NCBI RefSeq assembly: GCF_002113885.1
Contig: NW_018404512.1
Location: 1,133,642 to 1,197,641, forward strand
Reading direction: 5' to 3'
Length of the DNA stretch: 64,000 bases
Source of the DNA: Mizuhopecten yessoensis
Taxonomy: Eukaryota
The notes under the pieces were generated by a model. The model was not told the DNA's origin, made no database searches, and saw only the letters and a list, made by a program, of their open reading frames with translations. The stretch's first letter is position 1. Each line of letters begins with the position of its first letter. Positions 1 to 13,008 of the stretch are shown here, one piece after another. The position numbers and the translations under genes are program-made.

Positions 1-101
1 TTTTCCATTAGCTAACAAATTTTCCGTTTATATGTAATGTCTAAGTATAAGAAAGCATCTGCCGTAATTTAACATGTACCTTCATTTATTATATTTTTCA
101 G

Positions 102-3100
102 ACTGACGCTTCCCAGTATACCGTTTTGGAAAGTGGCAGTATTAACGTGACGGTCAGACTGACAATTCCAATCGACTGTATGTATCTAGCAGCATCTACT
201 CCTGCTGAGTACGTATCGCTTTGACCTTTTTGTTCTTTTAATTTTGTTGTTGTTTTCTTTTACATCTCATTATATTGGCTATGTTGATTTATAAAGGGAT
301 TCACTAAAAATCCATTTTATTGTAGTATATAAACGACATGGCACAGAATAATCATTCCTCTCTACATAACAACCAACGGTGTAAGAGATCTAACGACACC
401 CCAAAGTACAACGGGGGCATCAGCATCTGACAATGCAAAACTCTAGTAGAAGGAGATAACGCTAATCGCTTCGTATAATCATGGTGTGGTATAACGTAGG
501 CAAATTCTTTTCCAATAACTTATATATGATCATCATTGATCGTTGATGCTTAGTACGCAGAACTACTTACATTAACTATCATGTGTAAAGGAATTTATCA
601 TTTCCATACCCGATATCGATATAGTGTATATATGATTCATTTGTAATAGATACATGATCAAAGTTTTTTTTTATTAATGAAAGAAATGTTAAACATCAAA
701 GTTTGCCAGCAAGGGCAATTTTTAGCTATTTTTAAATCCAAATGAATCAAACTTCTCCATGTCTTCATCAACCTCTATAGTTTGAAAGTATTAGAACAAA
801 AAACTGATCTTCTGTCCCATTACAACATCTGTCATTTCCACTCAACTGTTGAAGACGTTTAACTTAGTTACACAAACAAATCTGAAATTTTGTGTTTGTG
901 GTTCACTTTCTTATTTGAACAATTTCCTCCTTAAATCTAGACACAGCGTTCTGATATTTAGCTTGTAGACACTTTGGATGGAGTGCTTAAAATAATTCTG
1001 GTATATTAACATTTACTTACTTTCAAGGTCACAGGTTTCAAATATATTAAAAAACACAACAAAAACTGTTGCTAAAGATCCAGAAGGTTTAGATCGATGA
1101 TACTTGTATATATTATGTAGACCAGCAGTGTAAATCTTTGTCTGGTATATTGTGTTCTTTTCAAAGGTTAACTTCTGGCATTGGGCAAAGTGAATAATGG
1201 GTAAACATGACATATCCCTCCTTTTGTTCCTTAGGGCCGAGGCTCATGACATCGATAGAGTGCTATTAAGTAATTTAAGTACTTGGGTTATAACTTGGAC
1301 GCGGTTGCTATCCCCTTCAAAAAGCAATATATAAGTATGCGTGTTCGGCATGAAGAAAGTTACGTAAGTATGTTACATAGATAAGAACTGGAACGTCGCT
1401 CTGCCCCTGCCACTTGAGGCATAGATTTTAATCATTATATGGAAATGATTGAGATCCTAACCCTATAACTATATATCCAAACACAAGAATCTCATTCAGA
1501 ATTCCTATTATGAAATATCCTTGGGACCAGAGAGAGGGAGACCAAATTGGGAAATGTTTGCAAAACAATTACTACCTTTAAGCAGAATGTTGTGCAATGA
1601 TTCCTTATATGCCTATCCTTTATCACCGTCTGTTTATTTCCTTCAGTTAAATAAGTTGTTGCTATTTATATATACGATTGGAATAAGAGGAAAGTTTATT
1701 TTTAAAATAGGTTCTTGCAATGACCAAACATAATAAAATAACATTTTTTCCAGAATTGCAAAGGCCGTGAAAGATGATTGTACTCTTTCGATTCGTGTAA
1801 GAGCGCCAACTTATTATGAAGATGGTCACCTCAGGTGTACAGTAAGTGGAGTAACAGACGAGTCTGTGACCTTTACGAATGCAGGCTGCGGGATAGTGTT
1901 TCCCTTTAATGACTGGAATATACCCAGAACCTTACAAGTATTTGGATCAGCTGATAATACCGTCAGCAAAATGGACAGCAGAACAATAAATATCCGTTTT
2001 AGTGCAGACCTCGGCGTCAGCAACACAGCATGGAGCTTTGCAACTAAGCCAGACATCCAGGTAGCTATGGCTATATGTTAAGTTTGCTTCATTTATAAAT
2101 AAAAGCAAGTCGTTAAATGTTTAGTTTCTATATGGGAAACATTTTATATTTCATAAGACATGATTAACTAGGGCATTGAAGATTACATTTTCGAAAGTGT
2201 GCTAAGAATATATCGATTTCTTTTTCACTTTATAATGATGTAATATTAAAAGTTTTGGATTGTTTTTTTATCCGATTGACATTTATGTTCCAGTCGTTTC
2301 AGTAACATAGCACGATATTTTATTTCTATTGTTGAACTAAATATGGTATAAGAAATACTTCGTAATACAACAACGATCTCTATCTTATAACAGAAACACA
2401 ACTGCTGGGAGAACACTCTTCAAAATAAAATTAATTAAAAATATTATGTAATATAAACGGGTTTTTTATGACAACTTTCTCTATTTAGTTACTCCCATCG
2501 ATCGATTCTAAACCAAACTGTATTGTTTTAATACATTCTCTACTTATATTTATTTGAAATAAACTGATATTCCTTTTAATTGAGTTTCATTTAATTAAAT
2601 AATTGTTCGTGCCTCCCCGTAATTCATAATTTGACGTAATGTATTAACTACAAAATGTAATGCGTCTACCTTTCAGCTGCTATGGAATTCCATAATAAAT
2701 GCTTGAATCTGATCAGTCGCTGGCTGTACGAACACTCATAAACAATTTCCTATTGATATGTTTCATAATCTCCTAAGATAGTTTGCAAATGAAAAAGCGG
2801 AACACTAGTTTATTAGCTTGTTTTATTTTAGGAATTTTAAGAACAGGAAACATTCTACTTAAGACATTAATGTACCGTATTATGAATTTTGTAAAATGGC
2901 AGGGTTTTCGATAAATTATAAGCAGAAAAGTAGCACAAATAGGATACTTTTCTATATTCTTCATATAAATGGAGTTGCGATATTTATTGAACAATATATT
3001 TCGTTTAAGGTTGTCGTTGAAGACCGGGATATTCTCATAGCATCGAAATCATGCGAGGTCTGGACTGATCCTCATTTATGGACCCTGGATAGATGGTACA

Positions 3101-6100
3101 CATTCTTAGATATTTAACACGATATTTATCAATATACTTACCAGTAAAAACAAAAATGTAGGTATGATTGGTATGATTAAAACTGTACTTTGCCAAAAAT
3201 AAATGTCAAATAGAATCGGACATTCATCATTTTATCATTTTATCCACTCTGTAAAATCAAATGAGGTTATGTATAAAATATTCTAAAACTGTGTGTATGG
3301 AAAATATGGAAAACCACAAAGTGGCCCAAATCCTGCACCTAATGGCATAAGAATCTCAGTCGATGAGCAAACTCTTTGGACTAACATTTGATTCGAAACT
3401 CTCCTGTATTTCACATATAAAGCATCTGAATGATAAGAGTTCAAAGGCGCAAAAAATTCTGCTAGTCCTCTCATACACTGATGCTGATGGAGATCGTAAA
3501 AGCTTATGCGACTTTATTGATCAGTTGTCCGATAAAACTCGATTTTGGTTCATCAGTCTTAGACGGTCAACAGTTCTTATCTGCAGATGTTGAATCCAAT
3601 CCATAACCAAAACTGTGTCTGGCACGTTTGCTCTTTTCGAACATCACCACTGAAAAGCCAAAAGGTGTGAGCGAATGAACCATCACTTTACGACCGAAGG
3701 TGAAAACTAGCTTTACAATTTGCTGCCAAACTCCAGTCAAATATCCTGCCTTTTAGTCAGTCTCAAATCCTAATTTTCTGAACATATTCGCGCAAAATCA
3801 AAAACTCGTCATACCATACCGGATATTACACCATGCACTATACAAAAAACAGATGTTAGTTTGCATTGCATGACCGGGCAAAATCGTGGGCACTGCCCGA
3901 AGAACACGAATCCTCTTTTCAGGAGTGAATTTTGATGTTTCTTGCTAATACACAGCTTTACACTGATGGTTTTACCAGACGGTGCATCTATTTTCTCTGC
4001 GAAAGCGTCTGCCATCGGTTTGGCCCTTGACGTTATCGATGAACAACGCGTTTTAAAAGGCAATCCTCTGTTCTGACTCGCTATCGGTCATTGAAATTCT
4101 GCATTTACGAAATTCAAAATCACTTTTATACAACCCTGTCCATTTTGTATCTTAACGAAATGCAAAGAAATTCTTCAATGGATTCCGAGCCATGTCGGAG
4201 TAAATGGTAAGAGAAATTTTAACATAGCAGCTAAAAATACAAATACCTCCCAGCAAGTCAATATCACAAACATATTAAAACCCATTATACGATCGGTCAA
4301 TCAAAGTGAATGACAGCAACGATGTTCTGCCTAGTCGGGGAAACTGCAAAGAGGAGTATGTCTTCTCGTCGCGCCGTACTGGTCATACTTATCTAACTGA
4401 TGCTTTAATAGAATGTTCAGATTTTAGATGCATTCGTGATAAATACTTCAATGTCACGGACATCAAGACCCTATTCACCTTCGTAAACATTATCCTTGGC
4501 ATCATTTAGCTATATAAAAAAACATTGATCTGTTCTAAAAACCGTGATTCCGTTAACCTACATGACTCTTATTACAGCATTTACTCATATCTCTTTATTA
4601 TTCAAACTCTTCACGATATCTTCATCTAAAGTTTTTATATGTTACCCCCGTGGCACTATTTTAACTTTCTAAACCTATCCAGGTGCTGATTGTATGAGAT
4701 ATGCGATGTTTCCCTATAATTTTAGTTTTGATTCCTGGAATGGTTGCCCTAAATGACCAAAATTGTCGATGGGCCGTTAAACTGAAACAAACCAACAAGC
4801 AATTAGATACATGAACTACAAAAAAAAAAACTAGTCCTGTACCTCAACATTTTAATGATAGATATTGGAATAACATTTATTCAAATCAAAGGATATACGC
4901 AGATAGAATTTTAGACGTGAATATCCTAAACTGCCCTGTGGATTGTAGTATAAACTTCGGAATCACATTTTGTTATATTTCAATTGATAATTATGTATGG
5001 ATTTGAGATTATTTGGTCCCAAATTCCATCGAAATGCAAAAAATTAAACTGATTTTTTAAATCGGTGTTTTTTTAAATTTGAAGAATTCCCTGATTAAAT
5101 TATGAGAATATCTATTAAAGTATCAGGTTAAAATTTGCAGTATTTTATGAAAATTCAATACTGAGATAGTTTTATGCATAAATGTATTATTATGTTACGA
5201 TGGGTTACGAAAATGAGTTTTCTTCGCCATTCATCGGTCATGCAATGCCTGAAAAGGAAATATTATAATACCAACTAATATCACAATGTTATACCCAGGC
5301 CACGATATGCAGTACTATACTAAAGATAGTGCTTTAGTTTAAGGTATTTTATTTAAACACTAGACAGTTATATATGGATACAACTTTTCCAAATAGATCG
5401 GCCCCTGGGCATATGTTTTTATTTGGTGAGGGCCGCCATGGTTGAGGGGTCCTGGACTCAACTCTCATCACCCCCTCTCCCCCATTCCTCACATCTTACC
5501 TCGCCAACGATAAGAATGTTTCCTACGCAGAACTCTGCTTTCACCAATCTTGTTTACATGTGTTGATTGGAAGGACATTTTTTAAACTGAGGTTACGATA
5601 AAGTATATTTATTATTAGTGTAAGGTATACCATTTTAAAATAGTGTATGGTATACCATTTAATATTTAGTGTATGGTATATCATTTTGTAATTAGTGTAT
5701 GATATGCCATTTCATACTCAGTGTTGGTAAACGACTTGATGTTAACGTATCACGGACTTTATGGCAGTACTGTTTTACTTAAGTACATAGAAAACATATA
5801 TCTTAAACTCATTGTACATATTATGAGGAAGATTTCTATTTTGTTTTAACGTTGAATTCTATCTATAATCTATAAATGTGACAGTTTCCTTTAACACTTT
5901 CAATAGTGCGTCACTATAAGTTACGATTATGAAAATTCTGCAACATGAGTGTTATATAAATGACATGCAATGGAAAACGATTGGTTTTCTGTTAATGATA
6001 TATTTTTTAAACTTTCATACTTTCGTAACTACTGAGAAGTAATCATAATATTCATTGGATCTGTATGCATAGTTTTAAGAAATAAACAACCTGTCTTAAC

Positions 6101-9100
6101 TATACATATAAATCGACTTTTTCAAATCCAATTCTGAATATAACAATATAATAAAAAGTGTTATGTATTTCCATTGCAATTTCAGGTACATATCATTTCA
6201 AAAGTTGGGGGAGTTTATTCTGTTCAAGCATGAAACGCTACCTATACGGGTAAGTGTTATTGACATCTAACTAAACACAGCTTCATAGCGTATCAAATTG
6301 TCATTGTCATTTATAAACACACTTCTCTGTAAAAGAGTTGCAGGAATGAAATCATCTAATTGTATGATAATACATATTTTATCTTATTGTACATAGAAGT
6401 CAGTTATTGACAAAAAAAAACTTTCAATGATGATTTATGAAGGGCGTTACAGACTCTTCTACTTTAGACCGATACCTCGACCTTCCTATTGTGACTTACA
6501 ATATAACTGACATGAACGGCTTACTAATAACCAGTACGATAAGCATGTCGATTCTGTTTTCTCGACTGTTAATATTTCTTTTCTTAATAGCAACTTCTTC
6601 CAAAATATTTAGTAATTTTACACCGGATATATCACAATTGCTGTAATAGATGCTGACTGATGGCTGACAGATTTACAATACAATGTTTGGGAAAATGTTG
6701 CTTGAAGGAAACTGTGGGCAATATTTTGTTATAGTCGCCAACACAATCGCAACCTGAAATTGCATTGCAATGTCTTGCGGTTTCCTTGTTACTACTGGTT
6801 CTCTATTTCTTTTTGCTTACGTACATTTAACATCGCTTTGCTTTCATCAAAATTCACATGGCGCGTAATTTCGATATTTTTCTCTAGATTCATCAATATT
6901 GAGATAAAATTCGCCAGTTGTTCTGTTTATAATAATTCAAATACTTTGGTCTTCATGGTTTATGGAAGCAGTCTTTAAAAATCTTTCTTGATTTTTAATT
7001 TATGTTCGTTGTAAGAATCGCTTAATATTGAACTTCACACTTTCTCATATCGGACCCTACGGAAATTAGTGTGGGCATACACAAAGACAACATTTAATTA
7101 AATCTTTTAAGCATGAATTCTGTACCTAAATAATCTTCTTTTGGTATATTTTGTCATGATTGGTATTGCACATTGAAAATCAACCATTTATGCATTCAAA
7201 CCGTCTTTGTTCCTAATTCAAATAATGAAGGTATAATTTACATTGTACTTCCAGATACACGCCGTCTTTGACTTGTGTTCAGGTACACGAGGGACATGCA
7301 CATGTGGCATTGCAGTCAGGAACCAGGATGCTGTTTTCATTATCAACTTGTGCCGAAATAGGGTTGGTTCACCCTTGATAAGTGGTTCATCAAATACCAA
7401 CAGATACATAGAGATGAGAGCCTGTGACGACACGCACATGACAGTCACCTCCAGTGGTTCTAAATACTCGGTAAACAACGATCATATTATACATTTTTAA
7501 AAAGTTTTGTATATCTACTAAATTTACATTTGCGGCTCTCAAACACACCGAAAATCAAATAGCAGAAACGACGAATCAAATCAAAATATCTATATCGATT
7601 TACTTAAGAATATATTTTAATTTTCACAGGTAACACTTCCATCCGGAACTTTGATTACTATTGAAGCAATATTTGGCAGTAACCCATTTATTCGTACCTT
7701 CATCCTCACACCTTCTCTCGTGGACTGGAAATCATCATCCGGATTATGCGGAATTTTGGATGGAATATGGAAGAATGATATGAGAAAAAGAGATGGCACG
7801 CCCACATTTGATTACGAGGGATTTGCACAGGATTGGAGGTACTTGCATATACAATTATACGTAACGAATAACCATTGAATAGTTTTTAGTGTATCACTAT
7901 TAATGCTATTAATTTGTAATATATCTAATCTATATAACATCATGTCTGATTGGATTATATTAGTCACAGGGAAATAAACATCACTTTCTCCTTACGCGCT
8001 CGATTTTCCCTATCATATTTCCCTTGTTAGGAACATCTATAAAATAATGAGCAAGATATCACACCTTAGTTCCAAAGACTGCAACAGACGATAACAACGC
8101 TGCAGAAAAGTTTACACCAACACTCTTTATTGTCCTATCTCGGTACAGAAACCTAAACACCAACACTCTTTATTGTTCTACATCGGTGTGATAAAAAAAG
8201 TTATAGTCCTTGCTCAAAGGGGAAACAAATACGTATTTCACGAAGGCGTCACCCTTTCGAAACATGGCTAAAAGAACCGTGTTCATCTATGACAAGGGCA
8301 TGAAGTAATCAAATTATATAAATTCAAATATTGTATAAGGTGCATTACTATGTAGAACATATCAATGTTAAATGTCGTTTTGAAACGTGTGAATTATATT
8401 TTTATATTTCAGGCTTAATACTGCTTTGGATGGAAACTCACTCTTTGCTGTATCGGAGCCACTTACAGTCATTCCGTTACCGCCATTACAGTACTGTAAA
8501 TGTCCAGTTGAATCCAACAATCCGCCGACTTTCAGTTCCCAAATTCTGTGTAACATAACTTCAACCATAACGGCATGTACTAAACGAACTAGCTCAGTAG
8601 GATATGTTCAGGTATGCGACAAAGCTCTTGGCCATGCTAATCGATACCGAAGATCTACAGATGAAGAAGACTATGATATTGCTAAATTTGACGTTATCCT
8701 TGATGAAAATTATTCAAACGTGGTCGAGGTATTTACTGTGTACAATTTTTTCTCTGATTGTTTTGACATCAACCGTAAAGATACTTTTTTTTATTACATA
8801 TGCTGTCTATAGAACGAAACAGCTGTATGACGCAGTGTGATTCAGTTTGATTCTATTACAAAAACGATCAATCGATATTTATAAGTTAACAATTATGAAA
8901 TGTTCAGGGTATGAATTTAAATTGTTGTATGTAGATTATCTTAAAACAGCAACATAATTCTGACTAAAATGTCGCATTTTGTACTACAGATGATCTGATA
9001 AAGCCCGACATTTTATCTTATGTTTGGTGTTGTTAGATTATATAGCAAGATCTGATAAAGCCCGACATTTCGTCTTATGTTTGGTGTTGTTAGATTATAT

Positions 9101-12100
9101 AGCATGATCTGTACATAAATAGGAATATACTAGTGATTGTCCGTCAAAATTGTATAGGAAATCATACCATTAAACTTTTAAAGTTCATTTTGGCAATTGG
9201 AAACCAATCTTTTTCTACTTTAATCATTCTTTTCTAATTTTGATATTTGGATTATCAATATGTTTAAGAATCACACATGGCAAAATGGCTGGACGGAAGC
9301 TCTAGCGAACCAGTCCTGCCGGGAAGCAATGAATGATGATCCGATGTTGAATAAATGTAAAGAAGTTTTGCCAGTGATGAATGATGCTATCGACGAAGGA
9401 ATGCACAATTGCATTAATGATATCAAAGTATGTGCATTCGTATTTTAAATTAATCTTGGCTGACAACAACAATTCATTCATTTTTGTTCATTCTGATTCG
9501 AAATATTATTTTTTTAATTAAAAAAAAACACGAAAATTTATCTATATATATGAATGACAAGTTTAACTACTAAGGAACAAACAAACAAAAATATCCAGAA
9601 CGTTGTTTCGTTCGAGAAAGCAGACACAACAATATGCTAAACCGCAGTGTTGTCTTTTTTCATTCTTAATTCAGATTTCCGGCGGTACTGGGTTTTTGAA
9701 AGACACGGTAGAGTCAGTAAAAAGTAGCTGTCTTATTAAAGCCAGTCGTTTCGAAAACCTTACAACAGAAGGATCTGAAAATGACGACGGTGCGACTTTT
9801 CTGGACGAGTTATTGGAGTTAAGTTGTCCAAACAATTGTTCTGAAAACGGAAATTGTACCAATGGTATGTAAAATCTTAGCGTTATAGAAATCAGCAGAA
9901 TAAATCTCATTTATGTAGCCTCTCGTATGTATGAAATTATCTGATATATGAAACATCTAACATATGTGACATTTTCTGATGTATGTAAAATTGTATATAT
10001 TTGACACTCTGTGATATATTTGACATCTTACATTTGTGACACTTTCTGCTGTCTTTGACTTCTTACAAATGTGACATTATCTGATGTATGTACAATTTTA
10101 TATATTTGCCACTACATTGTATCTGATGTATGCGACATCTTATATCTATGACATTATCTGATGTGTGTAGCATCATAAATAAACGATAATATTTGATATA
10201 TGTGACATCATATATAAACGACAATATTTCATATGCGACATAATTTGATAAATGTAAAATGTTATTTATGTTATATATATAATATCTAATATATGGCATA
10301 TTATCATATACATGTGCAATTGTAACATTATCTGATGTTTGTTAACTTTATATAATCAAAATGTATTCAAGATATAAACCCACTATTTCTGATAAAAAAT
10401 CTGATACACAGTTAATACCGTTTATCAGCTAGACATGTCTTTATCTTATATACTTAACTCATGTTTTAATGTTTATTTCGACAAATTCATGTTGTTACAT
10501 ACGTTATTCTATGTCACTGATAAAAAGAAGAAACATGCGATGCGCATTATTGCTCTTTCCTAAAATACATTTTTTTAGGAAATTGTGTATGCTACACTGG
10601 TTTCTATGGAGAAGAGTGTGCTCTGGAGCGTGACACAATTCCTGAAATATTGCACGGAGGAATGACTTGTTCTACTGACAAAAAGTCATGCACAAATTTT
10701 GTAATTTCTGGAAGTAACTTTCTGGATATCAATTTGACTTGCCAAGCTAGATTGATCAAGGTAGATTTTTTAAGTATCACGCTATTCTATTGATTGTGAA
10801 CAGTATACATGTCCACTTTCAATTCATTGAAACTATATCGTCTAGCAATATGACTGCATGCGACTTCATTAAAATGATGAAAGAAAGAAACAGATTTGTA
10901 TTTTCTTGTGGTTTTCAATGCATGAAAATAAAGTAGAGTAAAGTAAAGTTTTGCGATAGCATTGAAAATACATGCAAAGGGTTTTAAAGTACACTTGTGT
11001 ACATTGTATTTGTGTTTCATTTACTCGATATTTATTGAAACAAATATGATTGTTTTAATACTTTATTGATTGAATGTTACAGTTTACAATACCATTTCTG
11101 TTACTCTCATATACATTGTTGTACACACCATATCTGGCACTGTAGACGCTTATCATTCCTATGGAGCTAGGTTCGGGAATTTCATGGTTTCTTTGCCTTT
11201 GATTTCTACTTTGTTGGCGTTTTGTCCGTGACGAATATGACTTTCGAGCCTTGTGTGTCGACGTCATGCTCTTCTATATTTTACTTTTGTTTTACAGTTC
11301 TGCTCACTTTTCACAGTTATAAATTACAAAATTGTGTTCAAACAGGTGTATATGAACCGATGGGAATTACTTGGTGCACCCATTCTATTTCCTGCAAGAT
11401 ATCTGAATGGTATCAACTGTGTGTGTATCATCCCGGACTCTGTCCGGAGACGGCGGGCAGCTGATGAAATTTTTGGAGAAGGATACTTAATAAGTATTTC
11501 GAATGACGGAATCAACTTTAGCAAGGAGACGACCGTTGTTACCTACGACTCAACTTGTTACGAATGTGACGCAACTAACAGATCTTGTACTAAACTGGTT
11601 AGTATATTATCATAAAGTTGGCTCAATTCGAAAACTGAACAATTACTGCATAAAAGCATACATAATTTTATGTTCGTGATAATTGTAATATAAGAAAGTT
11701 CACAAATCTTGATTTTAAGTTAAAGTAAATGGCAACAATAAAATTGTACCAGAATAATACAATTGTCCAGATCACATTTCTTTTTCTTCTAACTGTCAAT
11801 ATGTTGTATACAAAAATGCAGATAGGATCTTGACGAATCTGTGGTGTCTTTAGGACAGGAGTCCACTGGGAGTTTTATCTATGAAAACAGCATAATTAAT
11901 AGTTGATTGCCAGTGACGACGTTGTCATTGTAATCATGTTTTTAGTTCCGCTTAAAAAGGATAATCTAAGGGAAAAGTGAAAAAATTGTGTTGCTTGCAT
12001 ACTCATGGAATTCATTAAGAAAACGCTAATAATTAAATGATGCGGTTGTTAGTTTTTGTTTTGGATCGCCAGTGCTTAAGAATATTGTTCCTATTTATTT

Positions 12101-13008
12101 CTTCATTTAAATAATACGTTGATCCAATTATGGTATGCAGGAATCATGTGATTCAACAGCAACTTTGACGACAATTCCTTCAGATTCCGAAAGAGGAACT
12201 GGAACTATTCAACCCTCTTCAAAAAAAGGTAAAAAAAAAATACGTATTTAAACCCATCATCAAAACGCTTACAGTAATATTTTTCGCTTATATAAACATG
12301 ACAAAGTGACCAGAACATTACGATTACTGAAAAGAATGGACGTAAATTATCTGATATAATGATATATTTGTAGCAAACGTCATTTTATGTGCTAGCGCCA
12401 ATACAAAAATCAACTTCAAAGCGATAAAGATACCTCAACATGGCAGCTTTCATTTAAAGATTATGTTATACGTTATCAAATTCATACTCTTGTTTCATTG
12501 TTGTTTTAATTGTAGAAGATGGCTTACCTTTGGGAGCAGTTATAGGAGGTACAGCTGTTGTGCTCGTCTTAATTTTAGCAATTACAGCATCACTGTTGTG
12601 CTGGGATATTTCGAAGAGCAAGAAGTATGTATTTGATTTCTGCTGAGTCCTCTTTATTTAATTAATGCAATTATAATACATAATTTTTAAGGAGAAAGAT
12701 AAAATATCAACTACCGCCCCTTCCTCAAACAGACGCCAATAGCGTTTGCACTCCACCGTTGATGTGCTATTCGAGCGTCTGCTCGTTAACATCGTTTTAG
12801 AAATGCGTCTTTTTTACAGTTGAACTACTTATTTACGAGTTACTACTGCTCGACAATATTAAGCTGGTTTTTGTCACTTTTCAGGAGCAAGATATGCATG
12901 TCCAACGCAGATATGACTGAATGTCCGGGCAGGGAGCGATACAAAGCGGAGTCAGATGATCTGCCAAGCCGACCAACCTCTACCAGAGGAATCAAATTAG
13001 CTTGGTGA
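102..13008 (+). CDS. Type I membrane VWD- and EGF-domain protein (VWDE-like), 5'-partial; 14 exons in window, ~802 aa
   Basis: Exons 102-208, 1754-2060, 3010-3095, 6186-6249, 7255-7470, 7630-7838, 8413-8728, 9269-9427, 9675-9864, 10579-10760, 11346-11597, 12141-12228, 12516-12624, 12885-13008. All junctions are GT-AG with consistent phases (2409 nt, one frame, ends in TGA). VWD motifs: SCEVWTDPHLWTLDRWYISFQKLGEFILFK...TCTCGIAVR...GLCGILDG. EGF: CPNNCSENGNCTNGNCVCYTGFYGEEC. TM: LPLGAVIGGTAVVLVLILAITASLLCW. Short tail ending KLAW*. Confidence 0.9.
1754..2060 (+). CDS. VWDE-like gene exon (pre-VWD beta-rich region)
   Basis: ttccag acceptor and cag|gtagct donor; matches ORF 1767-2081; in frame with exon 102-208. 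Confidence 0.85.
3010..7838 (+). CDS. VWD domain exons (3010-3095, 6186-6249, 7255-7470, 7630-7838)
   Basis: Spliced translation carries the DPH, GEFILFK, CTCGIAVR and SGLCG..DG...ND hallmarks of a von Willebrand factor type D domain. Confidence 0.9.
3300..4800 (+). mobile_element. Decayed RNase H-containing non-LTR retrotransposon (I/Nimb-like), 5'-truncated, intronic
   Basis: RT C-terminal remnant KLFGLTFDSKLSCISHIKHL...DGDRKSL; RNase H remnants ASIFSAKASAIGLAL, SDSLS, QWIPSHVGVNG; 3' end ...gatgggccgttaaactgaaacaaaccaac; many frameshifts. Confidence 0.8.
5603..5725. repeat. Short ~27-bp degenerate tandem repeat (attagtgtatggtataccatttt), 4-5 copies
   Basis: Direct reading. Confidence 0.6.
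8992..9111. repeat. ~57-bp direct tandem duplication in intron
   Basis: gatctgataaagcccgacattt..tcttatgtttggtgttgttagattatatagca occurs twice. Confidence 0.8.
9675..11597 (+). CDS. EGF plus juxtamembrane Cys/IPT-like module exons (9675-9864, 10579-10760, 11346-11597)
   Basis: CPNNCSENGNCTNG|NCVCYTGFYGEEC EGF split by a phase-1 intron, followed by FVISGSNF..LTC and ISISNDGINFS...YDSTCYEC. Confidence 0.85.
9930..10345. repeat. Degenerate ~21-bp minisatellite (gacattatctgatgtatgt)
   Basis: Recurring gacattatctgat/tatgtgacat units. Confidence 0.6.
12516..13008 (+). CDS. TM exon (12516-12624) and cytoplasmic-tail exon (12885-13008) of VWDE-like gene
   Basis: Hydrophobic run followed by SKSKK stop-transfer; phase-2 junction into SKICMSNADM...KLAW*. 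Confidence 0.85.
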
